Shown here: in pieces, positions 6,661 to 14,373 of the stretch
Position numbering within the stretch: the first letter of the stretch is position 1
Layout of the letters: every line of letters starts with the position of its first letter
Source: a virus
IMG/VR virus record: IMGVR_UViG_3300025913_000091
Span: 1-28,535 of that record
Strand: one strand, 5' to 3'
DNA length: 28,535 bases
Program-made: the position numbers and the translations under genes
The notes under the pieces: model-generated
Told to the model about the DNA's origin: nothing
What the model saw: only the letters and a program-made list of their open reading frames with translations
Databases searched by the model: none

Positions 6661-6909
6661 TCACCCGACCGAGTGCAGGTGGCCCGTGGGCCGCTCCTTG
6701 TGCCCTCCCACGGGGCGCAGGACGAGGGCGATCTCGCGCTGGTCGCCCCCTCGTGGGCTAGAGACTCCCGTCAGGACGAACTGCTGGCCCCGGTCGTCGA
6801 CCAGTTCGACACCGACGTTGAGCCTGCACGACAGCTCAGTCGCCTGGCCGGCGCTGACAAAGGCGACGACCCGATCACGCAGGGAAAACGAGCGGACGAC
6901 CTCCAGCAT
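6661..6909 (-). CDS. hypothetical small protein
   Basis: 82 aa, high GC3, GGAGGTGGTGA SD before the ATG. Confidence 0.6.
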   Translation of the reverse strand: MLEVVRSFSLRDRVVAFVSAGQATELSCRLNVGVELVDDRGQQFVLTGVSSPRGGDQREIALVLRPVGGHKERPTGHLHSVG

Positions 6910-6937
6910 GTCACCACCTCCGCCGCTGCTGCGGCGA

Positions 6938-6967
6938 GTGTAACTAGCCGCCCGCGCGGTGTAGCAT
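6938..6967 (+). promoter_or_regulatory. sigma70-like promoter, leaderless type, for CDS 6975 (divergent region)
   Basis: GTGTAA-N18-TAGCAT, then 7 nt to ATG 6975; a TAGTTA -10 on the opposite strand (6941-6946) overlaps the -35. Confidence 0.5.
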
Positions 6968-6974
6968 GCTGGCC

Positions 6975-7247
6975 ATGAGCAGCTCTGTCACGATGCTGGG
7001 GATCCCAGTCAAGGCGGGCCAAGTCGAGTGGATGGGGCCGCGGCCCGCCCAGCTGCCCACCCTGGTGTGCCTGATCGCCCCCGCGGTCTCGGCGACCCAG
7101 TTCCCGTGCATGCTGGTCGAGGCCTCGCCCGAGGCGTTCTCCCTGCAGGTCATGGCTCCCGCCGGCACCGCATTCCTCGCCGGCACCCGGCTGCAGCTGC
7201 TGGACCGCGAGCTGGAAGCGCTGGCGGTCGGGACGGTGACGCCGTGA
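6975..7247 (+). CDS. hypothetical small protein
   Basis: ORF opens at ATG 6966, which lies inside the -10; ATG 6975 fits leaderless spacing; high GC3. Confidence 0.6.
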   Translation: MSSSVTMLGIPVKAGQVEWMGPRPAQLPTLVCLIAPAVSATQFPCMLVEASPEAFSLQVMAPAGTAFLAGTRLQLLDRELEALAVGTVTP

Positions 7248-7483
7248 TCGGCTACCTCCTGCTGGCGGCAGCCGCGGCCTACGGCGTGAGCCGGGCCTTG
7301 AGGCACCGCCGCGCGCCTGTCGCCGTCGGCGAGCCGACGTGGGCGGTCGACCGCCTGCAGGGCCCGGGCTGGTCGCTCGTGGCCCTCAGCACCAGCGGCA
7401 GGCTGCGCGCCGTCGACGTGGACGACCCGTCCGTCGACTTCGTGCGCGAGGTGGCGATGGTCGTCGACCAGGACGCCAACTGA
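7244..7483 (+). CDS. small membrane protein (N-terminal TM)
   Basis: GTGA overlap; VIGYLLLAAAAAYGV TM segment; high GC3. Confidence 0.6.
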   Translation: MIGYLLLAAAAAYGVSRALRHRRAPVAVGEPTWAVDRLQGPGWSLVALSTSGRLRAVDVDDPSVDFVREVAMVVDQDAN

Positions 7484-7496
7484 GACGCTCACCGTG

Positions 7497-7527
7497 TTGA
7501 ACCCGGGCACACTCTTCATCCTAGAGC
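7497..7527 (+). promoter_or_regulatory. candidate promoter, leaderless type, for CDS 7533
   Basis: TTGAAC-N19-TAGAGC, then 5 nt to ATG 7533 (weaker -10). Confidence 0.35.
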
Positions 7528-7532
7528 GCGAC

Positions 7533-7733
7533 ATGGGCCAGTGCCTGCATCCCAGGCACTGGGGCCTCCTCGACAAGGAGATCATGTGTACCGTGATCAG
7601 CGGGGCCCAAGTTGCATTTGGGACCAAAGGAGCGACCAATCGCTACCTGGTGCTCGGCGATGAGCGCCTGTTGACGGTAGAGCTCATCCCGTGGTACGAA
7701 GTGAGGCTCAGGATCCTCGTGGAGCCCAAGTGA
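7533..7733 (+). CDS. hypothetical small protein (alternative start GTG 7494)
   Basis: In-frame ORF 7494-7733, lower GC; ATG 7533 fits the promoter spacing. Confidence 0.5.
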   Translation: MGQCLHPRHWGLLDKEIMCTVISGAQVAFGTKGATNRYLVLGDERLLTVELIPWYEVRLRILVEPK

Positions 7734-8008
7734 ACGTCGCCCTGAAGTGCTTGATCGCCCTCGCTTCTGGCGCGGCCTACGAGGCCGCCTGCGTCGGCTG
7801 GGTCCACAACAGCGAGAGGGGGCGCGCCTTCGTCACTGCCCTCTTCTCGATGGTCGTCGCCCTGTGCGAGGTCGTCGGGGTCGGCGAGTCGATTCACGAC
7901 CTGCGGGCGGCGCCCTTCTTCGTCCTGGGCTACGGCCTGGGCACCTTCGGCGCGGTCAAGTGGAAGTCGAGGAATAAGGAAAGAGAGGGACGAGATGGAG
8001 TTCGGTGA
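7730..8008 (+). CDS. membrane protein (about 3 TM)
   Basis: GTGA overlap; hydrophobic stretches LKCLIALASGAAY, FVTALFSMVVALCEVVGV and FFVLGYGLGTFGAV. Confidence 0.65.
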   Translation: MNVALKCLIALASGAAYEAACVGWVHNSERGRAFVTALFSMVVALCEVVGVGESIHDLRAAPFFVLGYGLGTFGAVKWKSRNKEREGRDGVR

Positions 8009-8273
8009 GAAGATCCTGTGGTCGATCCTGTTGGCGTGCTCGCTGAGCGTGCTGGCGCTGGTGGGGTGGGCCATCGTCGGCTCGATCAGGTCGAACGGCA
8101 ACATCGACTACTGCTACGTGCAGATGCTGTCGCCCGTCGGGATGGCGCCCCAGTACCAGCTCATCGGGCACCGCCCCTGGCGCGAGGACCGGTCGATGGG
8201 CGTCTACCCGTCGCTGGAGGAGGCCAAGTCGAAGTCCGACACCCTCTCCTGCAAGTTCGGGGGCAGCCAGTGA
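7995..8273 (+). CDS. membrane-anchored protein (N-terminal TM)
   Basis: ATG after GAGAGGGA; ILWSILLACSLSVLALVGWAIVG TM. Confidence 0.65.
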   Translation: MEFGEKILWSILLACSLSVLALVGWAIVGSIRSNGNIDYCYVQMLSPVGMAPQYQLIGHRPWREDRSMGVYPSLEEAKSKSDTLSCKFGGSQ

Positions 8274-8479
8274 AGAACCCCTTCAAGGTCGACGACGAGG
8301 AAGGTGGAGGCGGGACCGTCATCACCTTCCTGTTGATCGCCGCTGGCATCGCAGTCGTCCTGTGGCTGCTCTTCGGTCGCGGTCCGCAGCCCGCGCAGCG
8401 CGAGCAGATCACCCAGGAGGCCAGCGGCAGGGTCACCATGACCTGCACCTGCAGGCCTGCGGGTGGAGAGCAGCGATGA
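8270..8479 (+). CDS. small membrane protein
   Basis: GTGA overlap; TVITFLLIAAGIAVVLWLLF TM. Confidence 0.55.
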   Translation: MKNPFKVDDEEGGGGTVITFLLIAAGIAVVLWLLFGRGPQPAQREQITQEASGRVTMTCTCRPAGGEQR

Positions 8480-8613
8480 GCGAAGGCGACCTGTCTCAGG
8501 AGCCCTGCGTCGCTGACCCGCCCGCCCCTTGCGCACGGGCGCTCACCATCGCCATGATCTCCATGCTGGCCGTCGTGGGCCTGGGCGCCCTGTGGGACCT
8601 GCTGCTGCGTTGA
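8476..8613 (+). CDS. small tail-anchored membrane protein (45 aa)
   Basis: ATGA overlap; C-terminal TM LTIAMISMLAVVGLGALWDLLL. Confidence 0.45.
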   Translation: MSEGDLSQEPCVADPPAPCARALTIAMISMLAVVGLGALWDLLLR

Positions 8614-8685
8614 CAGACGAGAGGGGGTGATGCCCATGCGTACCGGCGAGGATGTCCTGCCGATCAACCACCCGTTGTAGCTGGG

Positions 8686-8728
8686 CCCCGGGACACGGCA
8701 GTAACGTCCCGGGGCCGTTCTTTCTTTT
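8686..8728 (+). terminator. intrinsic terminator
   Basis: CCCCGGGAC-N11-GTCCCGGGG stem followed by CCGTTCTTTCTTTT. Confidence 0.6.
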
Positions 8729-8732
8729 AGCA

Positions 8733-9614
8733 ACCATACATATCAACATGGGCTGCATCTACAAAATCACTAACACGCTGGATGGAAAGGCCTACGTCGG
8801 TCAGACGCAACGTGATCCTGTAGTTCACTGGCGAAATTATCGCTACGGTGCAGCACATCACAAGAAGTACAAGAAACGCGGAAGGGCCATTCTCGATGCC
8901 ATCGTGGCGATCGGCATTGACAATTTCACGTTTGAAATCGTTGAAGAGTGCACCAACGAACAACTCAATGACCGTGAGAGGCACTGGATCGCGACGTTCC
9001 ACACCAACGCCCGTCTTGGCGAACATGGGTACAACCTGACAGAAGGTGGTCAGGATCGTCACACCCGAAAGCATCAACGTTCTCATGCGCACTCAGACGC
9101 TTCTCGTGAGAAAATTCGAGCAGCACACCTCGGCCGAAGCCACGTGGGCTGGCGCAAGGCGCCACACACCGAGCAAGAACGACTCAACAAATCACGTGCT
9201 GCAGATGCGCAGAAGGTTCGACTCGAACGATGGTCCACTAGCGGCGAGTTTTTGGAACTGCACGACTCTCAAAGCGCAGCGCATGCTTGGCTACTAAAGC
9301 GCGGTTTGGTCAGCGAAAACACTCGTTTGATCACCGTTAAACACGGTGAGGTTAAGTTGTATAGAGGATTCTACTGGCGGCGCCAAGGTGACCAAGTTCC
9401 TGTGCCGACTGTTCCGACGTACAAGCACTGGCAAGCTGTTGAACAGCTAGCGTTGTCCGGGCAACCCGTCAAGGTGTTCGCATCTGTCAAGCATGCCGTG
9501 CTTGCCCTTCGAGAACAAGGAACCAAAGCGCACAAGGACGGCATCAATGCCTGTCTAAAAAACGTTGAGCAGGAGGCTTACGGTTTCAGATGGCGAATCG
9601 CACGATTTTCGTAG
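8733..9614 (+). mobile_element. free-standing GIY-YIG homing endonuclease cassette in a low-GC island
   Basis: GC drops to roughly 50% between the terminator and the phosphatase gene; contains HEG CDS 8748-9614. Confidence 0.75.
8748..9614 (+). CDS. GIY-YIG homing endonuclease with C-terminal repeated DNA-binding modules
   Basis: GCIYKITN..KAYVGQT..R..HW..YNLTEGG catalytic motifs; two C-terminal repeats ending GFYWRR and GFRWRI; low GC. Confidence 0.9.
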   Translation: MGCIYKITNTLDGKAYVGQTQRDPVVHWRNYRYGAAHHKKYKKRGRAILDAIVAIGIDNFTFEIVEECTNEQLNDRERHWIATFHTNARLGEHGYNLTEGGQDRHTRKHQRSHAHSDASREKIRAAHLGRSHVGWRKAPHTEQERLNKSRAADAQKVRLERWSTSGEFLELHDSQSAAHAWLLKRGLVSENTRLITVKHGEVKLYRGFYWRRQGDQVPVPTVPTYKHWQAVEQLALSGQPVKVFASVKHAVLALREQGTKAHKDGINACLKNVEQEAYGFRWRIARFS

Positions 9615-10348
9615 GTGACCTTCATGGCTCGATCGATGAAGCGCTCGAGCTCCTCGACAAGTGCCAGGCTACGCCCAGCGATTGGGTCATCTTTCTTGGT
9701 GACCTCGTCGACCGCGGACGTGACAGCGCGGCCTGTGTCGACCTGGCCATGCGCCTCGAGATTCGACAAGGAAAGCCTGCATGCGTCATGGGCAACCACG
9801 AGGAACGTGCGTTGGACTACGAGATGCTGGCCCAACGCGGGCACCTCGACCTCGACAAGATGAACCCAGAACACCGACGTACTCGCTTGCAACTCCAGCC
9901 GAAGCACTTCGACTACCTGAAACGCTTGCCGCTGTACATTCGTGTTCCGGAACACAACATCGTCGCCGTGCACGCAGGTTGTTACCCCGGACGACCGATC
10001 GAACAACAGACTGAAAGGCATCTCATGCACATCCAGTCCATCAGCCCGCCAGAAGAGAAGTCGCTGTGGCCTTCTCGGGTCCCGGAGGGCGAGCGCCACA
10101 AGTGGCCCTTCTGGTCGACCCTGTGGACGGGGCCCGAGCGGGTCGTCTTTGGCCACAGCGTGCTGGACCGGCCGCTGGTGACCGACAAGGTGGTCGGCAT
10201 CGACGGCGGGGCCTGCTTCGGTCGCGAGCTGTGGGCCTTCATCGCCCCCGACGACCGGATCGTCCGCGTCAAGGGTCGGGCCAAGCAGGACCCGAAGCGC
10301 CAGCGGGCCCTGATCCCGGTCCACGGTGACGTGAGCGCGTTCAGTTGA
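9590..10348 (+). CDS. metallophosphatase (lambda PP/PrpE/ApaH-like Ser/Thr phosphatase)
   Basis: GDLHG, GDLVDRG, GNHE and GH motifs in order; overlaps the HEG 3' end by 25 nt. Confidence 0.9.
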   Translation: MANRTIFVGDLHGSIDEALELLDKCQATPSDWVIFLGDLVDRGRDSAACVDLAMRLEIRQGKPACVMGNHEERALDYEMLAQRGHLDLDKMNPEHRRTRLQLQPKHFDYLKRLPLYIRVPEHNIVAVHAGCYPGRPIEQQTERHLMHIQSISPPEEKSLWPSRVPEGERHKWPFWSTLWTGPERVVFGHSVLDRPLVTDKVVGIDGGACFGRELWAFIAPDDRIVRVKGRAKQDPKRQRALIPVHGDVSAFS

Positions 10349-10737
10349 GCTGCCTCGACGAACCTGGGCACGGGCCGTTCAGGCTTGCTGACGACAAGTT
10401 CCACGTCCTGTGCGAGGCGTGCGAGAAGGACAGGAAGGATGCCATGAAGCCCGGTACGCGAGTCAGGATGACGGAGGAGTTCAAGCGACAGATGCGCGGG
10501 GCCTGCGGGCCCAACTGGCACGTCGGCCTGCCCGACGGGGTCTACGACCCTGAGATGCCCGACGGCGGGTGCCTGAAGTGCTCCACCTCCCACGTCGACG
10601 AGTTCGCCGGCTGCGTGGGCGTGGTGGAGGGACCCATGTTCCCCGACGACCCGAGCGCCCCTGAGGTCGACGTTCGCTGGCAGCCCAGCGGGCTGCGCTA
10701 CGGTTACCATCCAAGCAGTCTCGAGATCGTACAGTGA
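10345..10737 (+). CDS. hypothetical Cys-containing protein with SH3-like C-terminal pattern (alternative start ATG 10444)
   Basis: TTGA overlap; CEAC..CLKC; KPGTRVRM..GCVGVVEGP..VDVRWQP. Confidence 0.6.
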   Translation: MSCLDEPGHGPFRLADDKFHVLCEACEKDRKDAMKPGTRVRMTEEFKRQMRGACGPNWHVGLPDGVYDPEMPDGGCLKCSTSHVDEFAGCVGVVEGPMFPDDPSAPEVDVRWQPSGLRYGYHPSSLEIVQ

Positions 10738-10907
10738 ACGATCCCGCCTGGCAACGCCCGTTGCCCGGAGAGACGCTGCTCGAGTACATCGAGCGGGTGA
10801 TCGTGGGCCACAAGCGGTGGCCGCTGACGCCCGCTGAGACTGCGCTCGGAGCAGGCCAGTTCTTCGAGCCCTCCTACGTCTTCGCTCCCTACTGCCCGAC
10901 CCGGTGA
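10734..10907 (+). CDS. hypothetical small protein (57 aa)
   Basis: GTGA overlap, good GC3; below the ORF-track length cutoff. Confidence 0.4.
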   Translation: MNDPAWQRPLPGETLLEYIERVIVGHKRWPLTPAETALGAGQFFEPSYVFAPYCPTR

Positions 10908-10925
10908 CGTACCATACATAAGGGT

Positions 10926-11663
10926 ATGGGAACCACCAAGTACGCCGTCGTCAACCGCTCCACCCTCATCACCGACGCCGACGCCTACACCATGTGGCGC
11001 GCCGCCGACCTCCAGCTACGTCAGCACGTGGCACCCGCCTGGGAGCGCCTGCCGATGGACAGCGTCTTCGTCGGCCTGCAAGGCGCGGTGCCCGAGGGCT
11101 ACTACCCGATCTACCTGCTGGACGACCCCGACCAGGCAGGCGACCTAGGCTACCACACCGAAGACCCGGGCGGCAGGCCCTACGGGCGCGTCTTCGCCCG
11201 GCCCGTCCTGACGGCGGTGGGCGGCTCGGTCCTGTCGGGCGGCCTGTCGGTGGCCTCCGTCCTGTCGCACGAGGTCGTCGAGTTCTTCGTCGACATCGGC
11301 TGCAACCTGTGGGCCGACCGGGGCGACGGGACCTACGTGGCCTACGAGGCGTGCGACCCGGTCGAGGAGGACTCCTACTCCGTCCAGGCGACCGACAGCG
11401 CGGGAGCCGAGGTCGCGGTCAGCGTCTCCAACTTCGTGCTGGCGGCCTGGTTCGACCCGATGGCGACCGCCCCGGGAACCCAGTACGACTGGGTGAAGAA
11501 GCTGGTGGCGCCCCTGCAGGTGGCATCGGGCGGCTACGTGGTCGTCCTGGACTCCAGGACGGGCAAGATCAGCCAGTTCTTCGCCAGCGAGGAGGGGCGC
11601 GCCCTCCACGCGACCACCCGCCCCGCGCACCCGGCCGCTCGGTCAGCCCGTCGGGCCGCCTAG
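10926..11663 (+). CDS. conserved-looking hypothetical protein (SHEVVE motif)
   Basis: 245 aa, protein-like, high GC3; ACCATACATA-N5-ATG upstream element. Confidence 0.8.
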   Translation: MGTTKYAVVNRSTLITDADAYTMWRAADLQLRQHVAPAWERLPMDSVFVGLQGAVPEGYYPIYLLDDPDQAGDLGYHTEDPGGRPYGRVFARPVLTAVGGSVLSGGLSVASVLSHEVVEFFVDIGCNLWADRGDGTYVAYEACDPVEEDSYSVQATDSAGAEVAVSVSNFVLAAWFDPMATAPGTQYDWVKKLVAPLQVASGGYVVVLDSRTGKISQFFASEEGRALHATTRPAHPAARSARRAA

Positions 11664-11779
11664 GGCCGCGTCGACCGGTCCAATACGTAGATGAAGAGCA
11701 GCTCGCACGCCAGCACCAGCACGCAGGCGAGGCAGAAGCTCAGGAACTGTTCGTTGGTCTCTACTGCGACGACTTCCAT
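11660..11779 (-). CDS. very small membrane protein (39 aa)
   Basis: MEVVAVETNEQFLSFCLACVLVLACELLFIYVL; TAGTTA -10 lies 8 nt upstream of the ATG. Confidence 0.35.
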   Translation of the reverse strand: MEVVAVETNEQFLSFCLACVLVLACELLFIYVLDRSTRP

Positions 11780-11790
11780 GGCGGCTGTAA

Positions 11791-12000
11791 CTAGTCAGCT
11801 GCGCGCCTGCCGCACTTGGGGCAGGCGTCAGTCGTCAGGTAGAAGGTGAAAGCGCAGCCCCTGCACCGGTGCTTGCCTGCTGCCAGCGCCGCGGCCACCT
11901 TCTGCTCCCAGTTGGGAAAGATGTCCGTGGGATCCGCCTGGCACAGGCGACACCCAGGCTCGGGGTCCGGCCCAAGGTGGCGCCCGCACAGGCCGCTCAC
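11791..12000 (-). CDS. zinc-ribbon protein
   Basis: GTGA overlap with the def stop; CxxC-type Cys pairs at CRLC, CRGC and CPKC. Confidence 0.6.
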   Translation of the reverse strand: MSGLCGRHLGPDPEPGCRLCQADPTDIFPNWEQKVAAALAAGKHRCRGCAFTFYLTTDACPKCGRRAAD

Positions 12001-12476
12001 TTGCGCCTCTTCCTCGGACGGGTCGGACCGTGATCGACCAGAAGGACGCCGTCGAGGTGGTCGTTCTCGTGCTGGATGGCCCGGGCCAGGAAGCCGACGG
12101 CCCACAGCTCGAAGTGGTTGCCCCGGCGATCGAGGGCCCTGACGGCGATTCGCCGGTGGCGCCTGACGTCGACCAAGGAGTCGGGAACCGACAGGCAGCC
12201 TTCGGTGCCCAGCTCGGGCTCGTCGACGCGGAGGAAGATGTCAGGGTTGACGAACTCCAGCAGCCACCTGGGCTCACCGGGCGGCGCAACATCGACCACG
12301 AAAATGCGCAGTGACTGCCCGACCTGCGGCGCAGCCAGTCCGACCCCGTGAGCCGCATACATGGTCTCAGCCATGTCGTCGAGGAGCCGGCTGACCTCGT
12401 CGGTCACCTCCTCGACAGGTCGAGCGACCTGTCGCAGGATCGGGTGTGGCTCATGGAGGATGTCAAGGACGGCCAT
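11997..12476 (-). CDS. def: peptide deformylase
   Basis: GVGLAAPQ, EGCLS and QHENDH motifs in canonical order; 159 aa. Confidence 0.95.
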   Translation of the reverse strand: MAVLDILHEPHPILRQVARPVEEVTDEVSRLLDDMAETMYAAHGVGLAAPQVGQSLRIFVVDVAPPGEPRWLLEFVNPDIFLRVDEPELGTEGCLSVPDSLVDVRRHRRIAVRALDRRGNHFELWAVGFLARAIQHENDHLDGVLLVDHGPTRPRKRRK

Positions 12477-12479
12477 GCG

Positions 12480-12890
12480 TCACTCCACCCGCGCCTCGAC
12501 GTTGCGCTTGAGCTCGTCGGCCTCGCCCAGCCACTGGGCGGCCCGCTTGAACTGCTCCAGCAGGTCGCCGACCGTCTGGTGCTCGCGGTTGAGCTCCACG
12601 CGGACGCACGAGAGGCCGCCCGCCGACAGGCAGACCGTGGAACCCTCGCTCGGGTCGCCCCGGAACTCGACCTCGCCGACCTGCTCGCAGTCCTCGAGCA
12701 GGACCCAGAGGCCGCGGCTCGGGCGCACCCAGACGGTGACGGCCACGCCGGTGCGCTCCACCTTGACGTCACCGACGAGGAAAACCTCGCCGATGTTGGT
12801 CTCGTACCCCGCCGGCGCCCGAGTCACCCTGAGGACGGTGGAGAGGTGCTTCTGGATGAGCTCGGAGTCTTCTTCTTTGTGGTTTGCCAT
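12480..12890 (-). CDS. hypothetical protein
   Basis: 136 aa, high GC3; consensus promoter 9 nt upstream. Confidence 0.75.
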   Translation of the reverse strand: MANHKEEDSELIQKHLSTVLRVTRAPAGYETNIGEVFLVGDVKVERTGVAVTVWVRPSRGLWVLLEDCEQVGEVEFRGDPSEGSTVCLSAGGLSCVRVELNREHQTVGDLLEQFKRAAQWLGEADELKRNVEARVE

Positions 12891-12899
12891 GCTGGCCGC

Positions 12900-12929
12900 A
12901 TGCTACCACGGCCGCTGCGGGTCGTTCAC
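12900..12929 (-). promoter_or_regulatory. sigma70-like promoter, near-leaderless, for CDS 12890
   Basis: GTGAAC-GACCCGCAGCGGCCGTGG-TAGCAT (- strand), then 9 nt to the ATG; the TAG is the stop of the upstream gene. Confidence 0.6.
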
Positions 12930-13139
12930 CGCGGCGAGGGCCTCGGTGCGGAGCCTGAGGTCGAGCGGGCCGCGGTCCCTGGGCGCGGGGGCCATCTCGA
13001 TGGTGGGGCCGTGCGCCTGCCTCGGGACCGAGCCGCACTTCCTGCAGCGGGGCACCGGCGGGACGACGGAGAGAAAGGCGGTGAGCACGGTCACGGCCCC
13101 GCCGCAGTTGCCGCAAGTTCCGACAGTTCGTTCTGACAT
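12903..13139 (-). CDS. zinc-ribbon protein
   Basis: MSERTVGTCGNCGG..CRKCG; GAAGGAG SD 6 nt before ATG 13139. Confidence 0.65.
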   Translation of the reverse strand: MSERTVGTCGNCGGAVTVLTAFLSVVPPVPRCRKCGSVPRQAHGPTIEMAPAPRDRGPLDLRLRTEALAAVNDPQRPW

Positions 13140-13159
13140 GTGACGCTCCTTCGAGGACC

Positions 13160-13189
13160 ACAGTACCACGGCCGCCGGCAGACGTTCAC
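13160..13189 (-). promoter_or_regulatory. sigma70-like promoter with leader, for CDS 13139
   Basis: GTGAAC-GTCTGCCGGCGGCCGTGG-TACTGT (- strand); 20-nt leader with SD. Confidence 0.6.
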
Positions 13190-13461
13190 CGCCGCCAGGT
13201 CACCCGGCCGCGGGACAGGTCGTAGGGGGAGACCTCGATCGTCACCCTGTCTCCGGGGAGGAGACGAATGCGATTGATCCGCAGCTTGCCCGACAAGGTG
13301 CAGACGGCCGAGTGCTCGGTCGAGCCCATGGTGCACTTCACCTTGAACAGGGTCCCAGGCAAGGCCTCCTCCACCACGCCTTCCAGCGTGATGACGTCAG
13401 TCCTCTCTTCCTTTCCACCCCGTGCGTCGCTGGCGCCTCCGCGCCTCCCACCCTTCCTCAT
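13186..13461 (-). CDS. infA: translation initiation factor IF-1 homolog with Arg/Gly-rich N-terminal extension
   Basis: VITLEGVVEEALPGTLFKV..SGKLRINRIRLLPGDRVTIEVSPYDLSRGRVTWR aligns along E. coli IF-1. Confidence 0.9.
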   Translation of the reverse strand: MRKGGRRGGASDARGGKEERTDVITLEGVVEEALPGTLFKVKCTMGSTEHSAVCTLSGKLRINRIRLLPGDRVTIEVSPYDLSRGRVTWRR

Positions 13462-13648
13462 CCGTGCTCCTGTCGTCCTCCTGAACCTCAGGTGATCCCA
13501 GGTCGGGAGGCGGGTTCAGGATCGCCTCCTTGTCCCTGTGGGCCGACGAGACGCCGCCTGTGTCGCCGAAGCCCGCCTGGTTCCGCATGGTGGCGTCCAG
13601 TCCGAACTCCCGCACCAGGCGCCGCAGCGCCCCCACTGTCGTGATCAT
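13397..13648 (-). CDS. hypothetical protein (N-terminus MITTVGALRRLVREF)
   Basis: ATG 13648 lies 5 nt after a TACGTA -10-like hexamer; overlaps infA by 65 nt, so the 3' end is uncertain. Confidence 0.5.
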   Translation of the reverse strand: MITTVGALRRLVREFGLDATMRNQAGFGDTGGVSSAHRDKEAILNPPPDLGSPEVQEDDRSTDEEGWEARRRQRRTGWKGRED

Positions 13649-13659
13649 GTTGCTACGTA

Positions 13660-13830
13660 TCAGCGACCGGTGCGGACAGGCTCGTCCTGCACCTGTGCCA
13701 GGGCACCGCGCGGCTGCACGATCGAGCGCAGTCGCTCGATGAACAGCCACTGCTCCTCAGCGTCGAGCTCACCGCAGTCCACGTGGTACTCGCGTGCCTC
13801 AATGCCCCGTTCGTGCTCCATGTCAGCCAT
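13660..13830 (-). CDS. hypothetical small acidic protein (56 aa; alternative start 13821)
   Basis: High-GC3 ORF below the track cutoff: MADMEHERGIEAREYHVDCGELDAEEQWLFIERL.. Confidence 0.45.
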   Translation of the reverse strand: MADMEHERGIEAREYHVDCGELDAEEQWLFIERLRSIVQPRGALAQVQDEPVRTGR

Positions 13831-13882
13831 GGTACTACCCCACCCGTCGACTTTACATAGTTACGGCGAGGCGAGGGCGCCT

Positions 13883-13910
13883 GTGGACCTCAGCCGGAGA
13901 GGTGTAGGAT
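13883..13910 (+). promoter_or_regulatory. sigma70-like promoter, leaderless type, for CDS 13917
   Basis: GTGGAC-N16-TAGGAT, then 6 nt to GTG 13917. Confidence 0.5.
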
Positions 13911-13916
13911 CGGATC

Positions 13917-14129
13917 GTGCCGAACGTCCCGTGCCCAGGATCGATGTTGGTCTCCCGGCGAGCGCCCGACACGGGACTGTGGACCGTCATCGCCAGCCGC
14001 CTCGTCGAGTACCCAGGCCCGTGGGACCAGCTGGAGATGCTGCTGCTCAACCGCTCGATGCTGATGACCGTCGAGGTCGAGTACTCTGACTTCATGCGCG
14101 ACTGGCAGGTCTTCCATGACGCCCGCTGA
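13917..14129 (+). CDS. hypothetical small protein
   Basis: 70 aa, high GC3; + strand island within the - strand block. Confidence 0.6.
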   Translation: MPNVPCPGSMLVSRRAPDTGLWTVIASRLVEYPGPWDQLEMLLLNRSMLMTVEVEYSDFMRDWQVFHDAR

Positions 14130-14373
14130 AGAGCCGCTCGTCCTGGTGGGGGACCTGTTGGCGGCGGCCTTGCCGATGCGGGCCTGGCGCACGCCGGAGG
14201 TCCGCGGCGACGATGGACACGTCATGGCCCGCGGGGAGCACGCCCTCGTCGTGGGCACCTGGATGGTGGGCAACCAGCGACGCATCAAGGCCGTCGTCGG
14301 GCAGCGGGTCCTCCTGTTCTCGTGCCCGGACCACGCAGTCGCGAGGAACTGGCGGCTGGCCCGCAGGGGCTGA
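14116..14373 (+). CDS. hypothetical small protein
   Basis: 85 aa, high GC3; 14-nt overlap with the upstream ORF. Confidence 0.6.
   Translation: MTPAEEPLVLVGDLLAAALPMRAWRTPEVRGDDGHVMARGEHALVVGTWMVGNQRRIKAVVGQRVLLFSCPDHAVARNWRLARRG

Noticed and set aside
10994-11794. 266-aa ORF in an alternative frame of 10926-11663
   Set aside because: The translation is a string of R, G and P. The chosen frame has normal protein composition and better GC3.
13852-13857. TTTACA as a -35 for a + strand promoter upstream of 13917
   Set aside because: There is no -10 at the correct spacing. The GTGGAC/TAGGAT pair at 13883-13910 fits the recurrent motif and the leaderless spacing better.
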